The notes under the pieces were generated by a model. The model worked only from the letters and a program-made list of their open reading frames with translations, was not told where the DNA came from and ran no database searches. A stretch of DNA of 64,000 bases. Origin: Macrostomum lignano. Its lineage: Eukaryota. This document shows positions 63,540-64,000 of this stretch, one piece after another. The DNA lies in the NCBI GenBank assembly GCA_002269645.1, contig NIVC01000659.1, positions 124,001 to 188,000 of the forward strand, read 5' to 3'. The position numbers and the translations under genes were made by a program. Numbering within the stretch: the first letter of the stretch is position 1; every line of letters starts with the position of its first letter.

Positions 63540-64000
63540 TCTACCCCTTCTATCTTCTACTTTTTACCCACACTCTGTCTTCTACCCTCTGTCTTCTACC
63601 CTCTCCCACCCTCTGTCTTCTACCCTCTGTCTTCTACCCTCTCCCACCCTCTGTCTTCCACCCTATGTCTTCTACCCTCTCCCACCCTCTGTCTTCTACC
63701 CTCTGTCTTCTACCCTCTCCCACCCTCTGTCTTCTACCCTCGGTCTTCTACCCTCTCCCACCCTCTGTCTTCTACCCTCTGTCTTCTACCCTCTCCCACC
63801 CTCTGTCTTCCACCCTCTGTCTTCTACCCTCTCCCACCCTCTGTCTTCTACCCTCTGTCTTCTACCCTCTCCCACCCTCTGTCTTCTACCCTCGGTCTTC
63901 TACCCTCTCCCACCCTCTGTCTTCTACCCTCTCCCACCCTCTGTCTTCTACCCTCGGTCTTCTACCCTCTCCCACCCTCTGTCTTCTACCCTCGGTCTTC
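63540..64000. repeat. Pyrimidine-rich 14/24-bp intronic minisatellite (TARS)
   Basis: Repeated tcttctaccctctg and tcttctaccctctcccaccctctg. Confidence 0.93.

Overview
Eukaryotic (animal) genomic DNA with spliceosomal GT-AG introns, GC-rich exons and AT-rich, minisatellite-laden introns. The style is most consistent with a free-living flatworm such as Macrostomum; that is inference and cannot be verified here. Reconstructed by hand: B4GALT7 (2 exons, -), a ZDHHC2/15/20-type palmitoyltransferase (7 exons, -), a 56-aa secreted six-cysteine peptide below the ORF-track cutoff (+), a Mab-21/cGAS-like receptor (cGLR, -) directly downstream of a frameshifted ankyrin-repeat ORF with which it can splice in frame, a JHAMT-like SAM methyltransferase (3 exons, +) and cytosolic threonyl-tRNA synthetase (+, runs off the window end). 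The rest is transposon debris (three mariner relics, several 8-bp-TSD hAT-type MITEs, a LINE, a CORE-like SINE, LTR/PBS fragments, a THAP/P-like relic) and many tandem repeats. Most ORFs in the supplied track are repeat or antisense artefacts. Best leads: the ANK-cGLR locus with its convergent secreted peptide, inverted minisatellites flanking the two DHHC catalytic exons, and CpG-depleted domains confined to the 5' parts of genes.
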